In this document: positions 26,355-35,791 of the stretch, in pieces
Layout: each line of letters opens with the position of its first letter
Numbering within the stretch: the stretch's first letter is position 1
Source: Patescibacteria group bacterium
Lineage (GTDB): Bacteria > Patescibacteriota > Microgenomatia > Levybacterales > GWA1-39-11
Length of the DNA stretch: 64,000 nucleotides
Direction: 5' to 3'
Assembly (NCBI GenBank): GCA_035545675.1
Contig: DASZYA010000001.1
Location: 237 to 64,236 of the forward strand
Position numbers and translations under genes: made by a program
Notes under the pieces: model-generated
The model's database searches: none
What the model was told of the DNA's origin: nothing
The model's input: only the letters and a program-made list of their open reading frames with translations

Positions 26355-27080
26355 ATGCCTTTTCTCGATAGAAAAATCTTATCACCCAACATCCATACTC
26401 CAGCACAAGAAATGGTTGAGTACAGAAAACTCGATCCATTAAGCCCTGAGGCTAAAAAACTACTAGTAAATTTGTTTGAACGCCGAATAGCAGCAATGAA
26501 GCCATCCGGAGAAGATGTTTCAACAGAATACAAAAGTCCCCTAAGTCTTGGGATAGACGAGGAAGGATTTGGAAACATAGCCAAATTTACCGATCTACTT
26601 GTTCTTACCCATTTAAGAGACGGAGTTCTGGTAGCAATGGATTTTTTGGTTGATGATAGAGAAAAATCCGGACCAAAAGGACACTATGATATTGATAAAG
26701 ATTATAGATATCTAAGATATATGAATAAAAACAAAAAAATTAGAGGCGCTTTTGTAGAGGACGAGAACGGGAAAAGAGGAGTAATCCTTGACACTTATGA
26801 ACTCAACCAAGTCTTATCAACAATCCCAGACCCTCAACAAAGAATTGATCTATTAAGCTCAACGATAGATGAATTTGGAGTTGATGTTTTACTTGGCGGA
26901 GATGGACCCCGCCACGTGGATGAATCTGGAAATCCACTGCTAGTAAGAGGGAGCACCTACGAAGAGTTAATTAGAAGTAGGCAAATCCAAAGGTTTGCAC
27001 AAAATAAAGGCTACTCCAACGCAGAACATATGAGATTTAGACTCTCAGGCCAAACTCCAGATGAATTTGAAAATAAATAA
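26355..27080 (+). CDS. Hypothetical protein (paralog of 25408-26307)
   Basis: Shared motifs as above; TATAAT 8 nt upstream. Confidence 0.8.
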   Translation: MPFLDRKILSPNIHTPAQEMVEYRKLDPLSPEAKKLLVNLFERRIAAMKPSGEDVSTEYKSPLSLGIDEEGFGNIAKFTDLLVLTHLRDGVLVAMDFLVDDREKSGPKGHYDIDKDYRYLRYMNKNKKIRGAFVEDENGKRGVILDTYELNQVLSTIPDPQQRIDLLSSTIDEFGVDVLLGGDGPRHVDESGNPLLVRGSTYEELIRSRQIQRFAQNKGYSNAEHMRFRLSGQTPDEFENK

Positions 27081-27082
27081 AG

Positions 27083-27208
27083 TTAATTTCTATTTCCTAA
27101 TTCTTAATTTCTAATCAATTACTAATTTCAAATTTTAAAATTAAAATTCAATAAGAATTAAAAATTCAGTGGAGCTATAAGCTATAAGCTATACGCTATA
27201 CGCTATTT
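27083..27208. repeat. Gene-less TTAATTT/GAATTAA inverted array followed by GCTATAA heptamers
   Basis: ttaattt ctatttc ctaattc ttaattt ... gaattaa; then gctataa gctataa gctatac gctatac gctattt (27174-27208). Confidence 0.85.
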
Positions 27209-27424
27209 AAATTCTGAGGCTTTTTTTGCTTGGAGCTTAATTGAGGCTTTTGCGTTTATGATTGCCGCTAGATCTTCTTCTCTTCCGAACTTCTTTGGTG
27301 CAATGAGAAAGAAATTTGTCTCGTCCGATGGGTCATAAAAAACCTTGAGCTCATCCATGCTTGCATGATTTACATCAAGCACAATGCTGGCGTCAACGAG
27401 TCCACTTAGTCTAACAAAATCCAT
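27203..27424 (-). CDS. Small hypothetical protein
   Basis: Start MDFVRL lies 7 nt after TATAAT; the stop lies within the repeat array. Confidence 0.6.
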   Translation of the reverse strand: MDFVRLSGLVDASIVLDVNHASMDELKVFYDPSDETNFFLIAPKKFGREEDLAAIINAKASIKLQAKKASEFK

Positions 27425-27468
27425 AAAAAACATTATACCGGTTTAAAACCTAAATTACCATTAATAAA

Positions 27469-28154
27469 TTAATAAGAAAATTTTGGCCTTGGCGGTTCAT
27501 AAAACATCTTACGAGCAATATCTATAACTCTACTATGAATCTTAGAGGCATAAGAAGCCCCTATAACCATTGCATCCGAATTTTCTTCCGCCGACACGAT
27601 AGAGCGATACCTCGCATTTAACAAATCACTTCCGTCTGTTGGGCTTGGAGGAACTAACAAAGGAAGATACTCCTCCAAAAATCCATGTTCTCTTGCAAAA
27701 CTAAAGGCAAGCCTTGTATCTCTTGTCTGTCCTTCAAGATTTTCCACTTCTAACATTGCCATTTCAATAGCTTGATTTTCAATTCCTCTGTAAACTGCTG
27801 CACCCACATTCATAGCAACGGTTCCCATATCATAGAAGCCCATTCCGAGATTGCGATATACTTTAGCATTTATCCTATCCAAAGTAACAGTTGAAGCTTG
27901 AAATAAGGGAAGCGCCCATTGGGTCTTAAGATAGTAACCAACAGCCCTAATAGGCGTGAGAGGTGCTTCCCAACCCGGAATGTTACTTTCATTTAAACCG
28001 TACATCTCCCTGGTTCTAACCAAGTCGTTAGCTACCTCTAATCTGTTTAATTCTAACTGTCTTATGGCAGGGTAATAAAGTCCATCTATAGAATCTTCAG
28101 TTAAGCCAATATAGTTTTGTCCTATTGATCTTATTTCTTGCTCTTTAAAGCCAT
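27469..28154 (-). CDS. Hypothetical protein whose promoter-proximal ATG is out of frame (frameshift or pseudogene)
   Basis: Long open frame 27469-28209. ATG at 28154 (8 nt after TATAAT) is in another frame, followed by T TTA AAG. Confidence 0.55.
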
Positions 28155-28227
28155 AAACGTGAATTATACAATAATTTTTACTAATTGGTATATTGACAGA
28201 AAATTTCAATTATTCTACGCTATTTAT

Positions 28228-28755
28228 ATGAGAGATCTCAGCAAGTATTGGTCAGGAGTCATGATAAGAGGAATTATTGCAATTCTTTTTGGTCTTGTTG
28301 CTCTCTTTGCTCCAACTCTTGCACTTGAATTCCTAGTGCTTCTTTTTGGAGCATTTGCGCTAGTAGATGGAGTTGTAGCATTCTTCCTGGGAATGTCTGC
28401 AAAATCCGGAATTCTTATGCTAGAAGGAATAGTTGGCGTCTTGGTTGGATTATATATATTCTTCTTTACAGGACCAGCAGTACTTATATTCTTGCTCTTA
28501 ATTGCTGTTTGGGCAATTGTAACAGGAATTCTTGAAATCATGGCCGGAATTACAATTAGAAAACACCTAGATGATGAAATATTCCTGCTCATTGTTGGAG
28601 TAATTTCTGTAATCTTTGGATTCTGGGTATATACAAACCCAATTGCTTCTGCGATTGCTATATCTTGGGCAATTGGAGTATACGCAATAATCTTTGGAAT
28701 CTTCCTCCTTCTCCTCTCCCACAAGCTCAAGAGCTATCTACCAAAAAAGAGGTAA
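28228..28755 (+). CDS. HdeD/DUF308 family membrane protein
   Basis: RGIIAILFGL..LFAP, LFGAFALVDG, WAIVTGILEI. Promoter TTGACA-17-TACGCT upstream of ATG 28228. Confidence 0.88.
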   Translation: MRDLSKYWSGVMIRGIIAILFGLVALFAPTLALEFLVLLFGAFALVDGVVAFFLGMSAKSGILMLEGIVGVLVGLYIFFFTGPAVLIFLLLIAVWAIVTGILEIMAGITIRKHLDDEIFLLIVGVISVIFGFWVYTNPIASAIAISWAIGVYAIIFGIFLLLLSHKLKSYLPKKR

Positions 28756-28763
28756 ACCTCTTT

Positions 28764-28871
28764 TTAATTTTTAATTCTTATTTATTAGTTCTTATTGAAT
28801 TTTTAATTTTAAATCTGAAAATTAGCGGTAATTAAATTCCAAAGATCTAATATCTAGGATCTAAGATCAAA
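28764..28871. repeat. Gene-less TTAATTT-family array plus GATCTAA heptamers
   Basis: ttaattt ttaattc ttattta ttagttc ...; gatctaa tatctag gatctaa gatcaaa (28844-28871). Confidence 0.75.
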
Positions 28872-29394
28872 TCTTAAAGACTATGCGGGTTTTGAGCTTT
28901 CTTTCTATTGTTTGCTCTATTACACTCTGTACGTGTAATTCGTCACGAAATACTGTCTTTCCATCCCAAAATCCCAATAGAGATAGGAGCTTTGCCTGAA
29001 AATAGGCAAGGGTTTTTTCTTCTTCTGCCACATTTAGCGCTCGTTCCATAAGGTCAAATACATCTTCGTGCTTTTCTCCATAAGGCATAATTGCCTCTAT
29101 AAGTTCGCACATAAGAAATACCTTACGAATATTTTTAAGATCATATTTGAGTGAGTTAAATGAGTCAATAAGCGATACCTCTGTAAGAACATGGTTCTTA
29201 CTAGACTTAACCGCTTGAAAATTAACAAGATTGAGAAGCTCAACGGATCCTGCGCGGCGAGAAGTAATCTTTCTTACTCCACGAGCAAGAACTTCTATTC
29301 TACCGTTGTTCTTTGTAAATAATGTGAGGTATCGATCCGAATCTCCAAAGTTTATTCTTTTAATTACGAAGCCCTGATCCTTAAGGTATTGCAT
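28867..29394 (-). CDS. recO: DNA repair protein RecO (short form)
   Basis: GFVIKRINFGDSDR.LTLFT...G.I..LARGVRKI.SRR; lacks the Zn-finger insert. Confidence 0.9.
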   Translation of the reverse strand: MQYLKDQGFVIKRINFGDSDRYLTLFTKNNGRIEVLARGVRKITSRRAGSVELLNLVNFQAVKSSKNHVLTEVSLIDSFNSLKYDLKNIRKVFLMCELIEAIMPYGEKHEDVFDLMERALNVAEEEKTLAYFQAKLLSLLGFWDGKTVFRDELHVQSVIEQTIERKLKTRIVFKI

Positions 29395-29427
29395 ACTTGT
29401 ATCCCAAAACTACAAGGTTTGGTTATT

Positions 29428-31404
29428 TTAGATCTTTAGGTTAAATGTCTTATCTGCTCTAAGATCAAAAGCGTCTGTCTTTCTACCATTTACATATATC
29501 TCAAATGGAATATCTGATACTCCGGGTTGTTTCTGAATCATAACCGGTAATACTCCGTTTGTGACTTTGAAAGGTAATTTGTAAGTATAGGTCATAGTTG
29601 CTATACCAAGTGGGTTAACCGTAAAGAATGATTCAAAATAGGTCTTTCCAAGGTCTTCCTTGGTCTCTACTTTTACCTGAGACCCTTTGCTTGAGATAAG
29701 CTGTGAACCTTTTGGAACGTATACTCTTTGAAAATCACGAAGTATGGCGTTTAGACAAAGTCCTCCACTCTCAAGGTTACAATCTGAATACTTTTCTGGA
29801 TTCTTATAGTTAATAGTAAGTGTCTTTGTAATCTCACCATTACTTGCCACGTTATAATCCATACGAGCCGCTTGCTGTACGTACATATTGGACTTTGCTC
29901 CCCCAAAGTTTGCATCATTTATATGTAGGTAGTCTCCATCGAACGGCTTAATCTGACCTGCCCAATTAAGCGCTTCAATACCACTTTGTGCATCTTTATT
30001 GTTAAGAGAGAAGAGAACGTGCTTTTCTGAAGCATTCTTGATAGCTGCTTGGAATAATGGACCCCAATAAATCTTTGGTGACACGCCCATAGCCTTTTGC
30101 ATTGTTGCATAAAGAAGATCTGCAACTATTGCCTTTCTATTTTCTCTTACGTAGCCTACAGGCTTTGTGGTATTTTGCTCGAGCTGGTAAACAACCTGAG
30201 GACAATTACATGCTGGATCAATATCTGCCGTAAAGTGTTGGCCATCTGTATCTACTCCGCCAAGAATTCTAATAATATCTACCAAGAATTGAGTATCAAT
30301 AGCTATTATTCCGTCTACGTCAGTTTTTTGTGATGATTTAGCGTAGTAACTTCTAAATGCATCCATAGACTTTTGGAAATCTGGAGAAAGATTAATATCA
30401 CGAATATTCTGAGTTGGTACCTTTGGAAGGTATTTAAGTATGATAGGATCTGCTGTTGGATGATAAGAAATACTATCATCAAGCTTATAAATATCGGAAG
30501 AATTATCAATATGAATTACTCCTTCTTCTATTCTAAATATTGAATAGAAAGTTAAGAATCCTCCTGTTGGACGAAGCTCTTTATCATTTTGGAATATAAC
30601 AAGATACTTCTTTGCTTTATCTGCACCAAGAAGCTCTGGTAATACTTTTATAAGAGGCTTACCCTGCTGAACAGCAAGAGCTCCACCATCTACTAAGGTT
30701 TTAACTGTTGTTATTTGACCACGAACCTTCTTGAAAGGACCAAAGTTAGGATATCTATTAATGTTTACCTGATCCATATCCTTTTGCGCTGCTGTTACTT
30801 CTTTTTCTATATCATCAATCTTTGGAGTAACTTTGCTCATAGAGGTGATTGCGGTCCTAATTCTCTCTTCTGCTGATCCACCAACAAAGCTTCCTTGCCC
30901 TTTAAGACCAAGAACATCTGCGTATGGAATAAGAGAATCTGCTGTTATGATACCTGCATTTATACCGTGGATTCCTGCTGATACCATATGGTCTGCATCT
31001 GATACATATCCCCCAAAGAAGGGAACATAGCGTAAGAATCCTATACCCTGTATATCTTTTTCTAGAATTTGTGCTTCTGTTTTTGTTTTAACTAATTGAT
31101 CCTTTGCGTCTACTATGTTTTGCTGTTTTGCTGCGGTTGCTGCGAGTCTTGCTTGTGCTTCTACTTTTTTAGCTTGCTTATATATTTGAAAGGCTTTAAC
31201 GCTTGAATAGATACCAACTAAAACAAACAATCCTACAACCACCGCTATGATTGATAGCACCTTCTTGTTGATTTTTATTCTTGGTTTTTTAGAACTCATA
31301 TTTAATTGAGCGCGAGTACTTTTGAAGGGTTCCGGCGGCTTAGTAGCCGATTTTGCTCCCCCTACAGGCTCAAAGTTAATTTTTTTAAATCCGGCTTCCT
31401 CCAT
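29428..31404 (-). CDS. DUF4012-family membrane-anchored protein
   Basis: TM plus coiled region; YLVIFQNDKELRPTGGF, RDINLSPDF, DGIIAID, NFGGAKSN, QKQPG. Start trimmed to MEEAG. Confidence 0.85.
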   Translation of the reverse strand: MEEAGFKKINFEPVGGAKSATKPPEPFKSTRAQLNMSSKKPRIKINKKVLSIIAVVVGLFVLVGIYSSVKAFQIYKQAKKVEAQARLAATAAKQQNIVDAKDQLVKTKTEAQILEKDIQGIGFLRYVPFFGGYVSDADHMVSAGIHGINAGIITADSLIPYADVLGLKGQGSFVGGSAEERIRTAITSMSKVTPKIDDIEKEVTAAQKDMDQVNINRYPNFGPFKKVRGQITTVKTLVDGGALAVQQGKPLIKVLPELLGADKAKKYLVIFQNDKELRPTGGFLTFYSIFRIEEGVIHIDNSSDIYKLDDSISYHPTADPIILKYLPKVPTQNIRDINLSPDFQKSMDAFRSYYAKSSQKTDVDGIIAIDTQFLVDIIRILGGVDTDGQHFTADIDPACNCPQVVYQLEQNTTKPVGYVRENRKAIVADLLYATMQKAMGVSPKIYWGPLFQAAIKNASEKHVLFSLNNKDAQSGIEALNWAGQIKPFDGDYLHINDANFGGAKSNMYVQQAARMDYNVASNGEITKTLTINYKNPEKYSDCNLESGGLCLNAILRDFQRVYVPKGSQLISSKGSQVKVETKEDLGKTYFESFFTVNPLGIATMTYTYKLPFKVTNGVLPVMIQKQPGVSDIPFEIYVNGRKTDAFDLRADKTFNLKI

Positions 31405-31539
31405 AAATACACTTGCCCGCCTAAAATAGTCGGATTTACCCGACCACGAATTATATTGTAAACAAATTGATACAAATATTGCAAGCCCAACCAACTACAA
31501 TCTAGCCTCACCGAACCTAAACTATGGGCTAAAATTAAA

Positions 31540-31648
31540 TTAAAATATTAAAACATTAACTGATTAAAGATTAATAAATTACGATCGTGAATCATGAGCA
31601 TGAATTAAGGATTATGAATTCAGTCTGTAAGCTATAAGCTATAAGCTA
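31540..31648. repeat. Three-family composite array (octamer TTAAAAYA; heptamer TYATGAA; heptamer GCTATAA)
   Basis: ttaaaata ttaaaaca ttaactga ...; tcgtgaa tcatgag ... ttaagga ttatgaa; ctgtaa gctataa gctataa gctaat. Confidence 0.75.
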
Positions 31649-31652
31649 ATTA

Positions 31653-32291
31653 TCACATTGCGCCTTTTCCGGAGAGGATTGCGATGGGAGTTTTTAGCAT
31701 TATCCAAAGATCATAGATAATTGATCTCCTTTTGGCATAATCTGCATCAAGATGGATTCTTTTATCAAAATTAATTCCAGATCTTCCTGATACCTGCCAA
31801 ACGCCAGTTATACCTGGCTTGACAGACAACACAATTTTTACTGCGTCTTTTGTTGTAGGATATTCCTTTTGCTGGTCACGAATCTCATCCGGATAATATG
31901 CACGTGGCCCAACCAGACTCATATCTCCTTTTAGCGAATTTAGAAATTGTGGAAATTCATCAATTGAATATTTTCTAATAAATCTTCCTACTTTTGTAAT
32001 TCTTGGGTCTCCCTTTAATTTGTAACCGCCTTTTTTGTATTCTTCATAGAGCTTTTTGAATTCCGGATCTTTTACAAGCATTTCGTGCGCATTTTTCATC
32101 ATTGAGCGAAACTTATACATCCTGAATAACTTTCCGTCCCTTCCTACCCTCATTGGGGTATCAGCTAGTATTGGCCCTTTTGAATCTAGCTTTATAGCAA
32201 TTGCCGTAACAATAAAAAGCGGGGTAAAAGCAATAAGAAGAATTATTGAGAAGATAATATCTATTAGTCTTTTTGCCGGGTCGTACAACAT
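31653..32291 (-). CDS. Priming polyprenyl-phosphate sugar phosphotransferase (bacterial sugar transferase family)
   Basis: KRLIDI, YKFRSM, DPRIT, DEFPQ, GDMSLVGPR, KPGITG.WQVSGR. Confidence 0.93.
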   Translation of the reverse strand: MLYDPAKRLIDIIFSIILLIAFTPLFIVTAIAIKLDSKGPILADTPMRVGRDGKLFRMYKFRSMMKNAHEMLVKDPEFKKLYEEYKKGGYKLKGDPRITKVGRFIRKYSIDEFPQFLNSLKGDMSLVGPRAYYPDEIRDQQKEYPTTKDAVKIVLSVKPGITGVWQVSGRSGINFDKRIHLDADYAKRRSIIYDLWIMLKTPIAILSGKGAM

Positions 32292-32295
32292 AAAT

Positions 32296-32356
32296 TAGTA
32301 AATTGTTAATAGTGAATAGTTAATAGTAATTACCATAAACCATAAACAATTAACTA
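32296..32356. repeat. Gene-less inverted heptamer arrays (TAGTTAA / AACCATA)
   Basis: tagtaaa ttgttaa tagtgaa tagttaa tagtaat facing taccata aaccata aacaatt aacta; fills the whole intergenic gap. Confidence 0.8.
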
Positions 32357-33436
32357 CGTTAGGTTTTCGTGCTCTGTACCAGCAAGGCTTTCTACGAGTT
32401 TTTTGATTTTTGGAGCAGAGTCTTTATTGCATATTAATAAAACATCATCCGTATTGATAACTATCATTCCATCTAAATCAATTCCCGCAGTAAGTTGATC
32501 CGTATAATTAAAAACAAGATTATCTTTTGAATCTGTAAGAAGAACTTTTCCTCTCACTACATTCTCAGCGCTTTCTATTTGAAGAGCTTCTTTTAGCGCT
32601 TCCCAAGCACCAACGTCACTCCATCCAAGATCTGCTGCAATTACCAGCACATTGCTTGGGTCTAGCTTTTCCAAGACTGCGTCGTCAAAACTAATTTTTT
32701 CTAATTTGGGATATTCTTCCTTCATGACACCCTCAAAATCAGAAGTTTGATAAGCATCCTGAATCTTTTTTACTCCTCCATAAATTGATGGAGCAAACTT
32801 CTCAAAGCTTTTTAGGACAAAACTAGCAGTTGTTACAAAGTAACCAGGGTTCCAGGCAAATGAATCGCTTTCCAAGAAATGTTGAGCATCAGCCAGGCTT
32901 GGTCTGTAGATGAGGCGCTTAAATTGGAAAATCTTTGTATCTCTAATTGTCTTTATTTCTTCTCCAAATTCCAACCAACCAAGATTTTGATTTGCAAAAC
33001 GGGCGCGTTGTCCAATAAAAACTAAACGATCAGGATCTTCATTAACTAACTCTTCAGCAAAGGCAAGCACCTCTCTAAATCTTCTCTCTTTTTTTACAAA
33101 ATGATCACTCCATATGATTGCAATTGGTTCATTTGGATGATCTTTTCCGATTATCGCACAAGCTGTGGCAACTGCCGGACCAACATCTCTTACTTCTGGT
33201 TCAAATATAAAGTTCTCGCGTGGTATTTGTGGAAGCTGTTCTTGAATAATATCCTGATACTTTTCTCCTGTAGAAACGTAAATATCTTCCGGCTTAAAGT
33301 CTGGGTAAAGCCTATCTACTGCCAATTGGAGAGTAGATTTATCACCAGAAATTTTTTCAAATTGCTTTGGAGCATTCTTACGAGATATAGGCCAAAGCCT
33401 TGTTCCTACTCCTCCTGCAAAAATAACTGCTTTCAT
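32354..33436 (-). CDS. manC: Mannose-1-phosphate guanylyltransferase (no PMI domain)
   Basis: AGGVGTRLWPISR...PKQF, WSDH, ISFD.AVLEK, GWSDVGAW. Confidence 0.85.
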   Translation of the reverse strand: MKAVIFAGGVGTRLWPISRKNAPKQFEKISGDKSTLQLAVDRLYPDFKPEDIYVSTGEKYQDIIQEQLPQIPRENFIFEPEVRDVGPAVATACAIIGKDHPNEPIAIIWSDHFVKKERRFREVLAFAEELVNEDPDRLVFIGQRARFANQNLGWLEFGEEIKTIRDTKIFQFKRLIYRPSLADAQHFLESDSFAWNPGYFVTTASFVLKSFEKFAPSIYGGVKKIQDAYQTSDFEGVMKEEYPKLEKISFDDAVLEKLDPSNVLVIAADLGWSDVGAWEALKEALQIESAENVVRGKVLLTDSKDNLVFNYTDQLTAGIDLDGMIVINTDDVLLICNKDSAPKIKKLVESLAGTEHENLT

Positions 33437-33440
33437 AGAT

Positions 33441-33475
33441 TAAGTATAAAGTATCGAGTATGAAGTATTAAGTAT
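33441..33475. repeat. Heptamer array (nAAGTAT)
   Basis: taagtat aaagtat cgagtat gaagtat taagtat; includes the stop codon of 33468-34616. Confidence 0.85.
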
Positions 33476-34616
33476 AAATTTCATTAACAATACTTAATAT
33501 TTTCTTCTCGAATTGTTCGAAAGAAAAGCGCTTAGCATTTCTTCTACAATCAGAACTATTATAACGGCTTGCCTTAAAGCTTTTCAATACCTCAGACAAG
33601 GCTGCAACTGTCTGTTTATCAAAAAACTCACCAGTTTTTCCCTCAATTACTATCTCTTCTGCTCCTCCGCCCCTGTATGCTATGACTGGAATTCCTGACG
33701 CATTTGCTTCTACCATTACTAATCCAAAATCTTCCACACCTGGAAATATTAAAGCCTTCGCGTTAGCATAATAATGTTTCAAATCCTGATCACTTACGTA
33801 CTTGATCATTTCAACAGTGTTACCAGCAATTTTTTCTAATTTTGCATACTCACTACCTGAACCTATAACTATCAACTTTAAACCGAGTTTATTTGCAGCC
33901 TTTATTGCTAGCTCAACTTTTTTATAAGGAACTAGCCTTGAAACAACGAGGAAGTATGATTTGTGATTTATGATTGATGATTGATGATTTTTTTTATTCA
34001 TTAATCTTTTATCCTTAATCTTTAATCCTTTCTTTATTGGTTTTATCATAAGGGGTGGATAAATAATATCCGAATCCAAATCATAATATTTTTTAATTCT
34101 TCTTCTTACTGTTTCTGATATTCCAACAATTTTATCTGGTCTACGCGCTGCAATCTTATCCCAAAACCTAAGATACATAACAAAGGGAAGACTAATAAGC
34201 CTCAACGTTTGGTCTGAAAAGTACTCCTCATATCCGCTCCATAAATAGCGAGTTGGGGTAAGAATTATTGATATGTGATATGTGCCGGGCTTTGTAATAA
34301 TACCCTTACCTGCCTCTGATGTAACTGAAATAACCAAATCAAACTTTTCAAAATTAAATGATTCAAATGCAAATGGCATAAGAGGCGCAATGGATTCATG
34401 ATGAGTTGAAGCAAGAGGTATTTTTTGCAAAAAAGAATTCACAACCGGGATTTTCTTAGCCCAAGATGCACGATCATTTTTATAAACAGATGTATAAAGA
34501 ATGCTATCTGGAAATATTTTTCTCAGAGCAATTATTACACGTTCTGCTCCTCCCCACTTATTTACACGATCATATACTAGAGCTACTTTTATTTTTTTAT
34601 CTTGAAGCATTTTCAA
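33468..34616 (-). CDS. GT4 glycosyltransferase with in-frame repeat insertion
   Basis: GGAERV, SRLVPYK, EDFGLVMVEA. Confidence 0.9.
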   Translation of the reverse strand: MKMLQDKKIKVALVYDRVNKWGGAERVIIALRKIFPDSILYTSVYKNDRASWAKKIPVVNSFLQKIPLASTHHESIAPLMPFAFESFNFEKFDLVISVTSEAGKGIITKPGTYHISIILTPTRYLWSGYEEYFSDQTLRLISLPFVMYLRFWDKIAARRPDKIVGISETVRRRIKKYYDLDSDIIYPPLMIKPIKKGLKIKDKRLMNKKNHQSSIINHKSYFLVVSRLVPYKKVELAIKAANKLGLKLIVIGSGSEYAKLEKIAGNTVEMIKYVSDQDLKHYYANAKALIFPGVEDFGLVMVEANASGIPVIAYRGGGAEEIVIEGKTGEFFDKQTVAALSEVLKSFKASRYNSSDCRRNAKRFSFEQFEKKILSIVNEIYT

Positions 34617-34638
34617 GAATTATAGCAGAATTGAGGCT

Positions 34639-35757
34639 CTACTGAACGCTTTCGTAGACTTGAAGCGTCTCTTTTGCCATTTTCTTCCAAGAAAAATCTT
34701 TTGCCCTCTTTTTACCCTGTTTAATTAATTCATCGCGAGACCTATCAATAAGAGAAAATGCAAAACCTATTTTTTGTTTCATATCATCAATATTATTTGG
34801 ATTAAAATAAATTGCTGCACTTTCACAGACCTCTCTATGCACGGGAATATCAGATGCTACAACCGGACACCCACAACTCAAAGCCTCAACGGCGGTTAGA
34901 GAAAAACCCTCCATAAGGGACGGAATTATAGTTGCCTTCGCGTTTTTATAAAGCCAAACAAGATCATCATCCGTTGGACTCTCTACAAACACAATATTAT
35001 TGTTAAGTAATTTATCATTTATGAGCTTTTCGATCCTCTTAAAAAAGTGGTCTCTGCCTCCTACTAAAACAAGTTTTGCGTCTTTGTTTTCATATGAATC
35101 ATATACAAAATCACGAAAAGCCTGGATAAGCGCTTCCACATTTTTATGAGGATAGAAATTTCCAATACGCAAAAGATATTCTCCATTTATTAGATCTTTT
35201 GCTTTTGTTTTGGGCTCTACTTCCAAAAACCCTCCTTCATATGTAACTACAATTTTTTTGTCTGAAACGTTTAGGTAACTTTTCTGAATATCTTTTTTAA
35301 CAGAAAGGCTTGGAACGATTATCTTTTTTGATCTGTAGATAGAGTTTGCCATAACTGTATGATATCCAAATCTTTTCCCTATATATAAAGGCAATGGCAA
35401 AGTAGATGCCCGTCCCGTGTTAAAAGTGTTGACTATTAAATCATGTACTGTTACAACAAATGGCTTGTAATAAAAGATTGGAACAGAAAAATAAGGAAAG
35501 TGCATAAGATCCAAGTCCTGACTGTTTAAAATCTTTGGTAGATTTATTTGCTCAGAAACACCATGCCAAGGAATATTAACCTGAACAATTGACCACCGAC
35601 CATTTACAATTGACTTGATTTCAGACACATTTTGGGGAAGTGAAAAAACCACATATTCATTTTTTTTATCAATTTGAGATAAATTTGAAATTAGATTGCG
35701 GATATATCTACCCACACCACTCTGACTCCAAAGTCTTGCATCGATTCCAATTCGCAT
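34639..35757 (-). CDS. GT4 glycosyltransferase
   Basis: MRIGIDAR, GVGRY, TVHDL, HKN, EGFSLTAVEA. Confidence 0.92.
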   Translation of the reverse strand: MRIGIDARLWSQSGVGRYIRNLISNLSQIDKKNEYVVFSLPQNVSEIKSIVNGRWSIVQVNIPWHGVSEQINLPKILNSQDLDLMHFPYFSVPIFYYKPFVVTVHDLIVNTFNTGRASTLPLPLYIGKRFGYHTVMANSIYRSKKIIVPSLSVKKDIQKSYLNVSDKKIVVTYEGGFLEVEPKTKAKDLINGEYLLRIGNFYPHKNVEALIQAFRDFVYDSYENKDAKLVLVGGRDHFFKRIEKLINDKLLNNNIVFVESPTDDDLVWLYKNAKATIIPSLMEGFSLTAVEALSCGCPVVASDIPVHREVCESAAIYFNPNNIDDMKQKIGFAFSLIDRSRDELIKQGKKRAKDFSWKKMAKETLQVYESVQ

Positions 35758-35762
35758 ATTAG

Positions 35763-35791
35763 TTATTAACGAGTTAAAGCGTTAACGTGTT
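35763..35791. repeat. Octamer array (TTAACGAG) at 3' end of four-helix-bundle gene 2
   Basis: ttaacgag ttaaagcg ttaacgtg tt; 27/29 identical to 13573-13601. Confidence 0.85.

Noticed and set aside
31405-31460. Hairpin GTCGG-N6-CCGAC upstream of the DUF4012 gene as tRNA or riboswitch
   Set aside because: Only a single short stem; no cloverleaf or recognisable aptamer.
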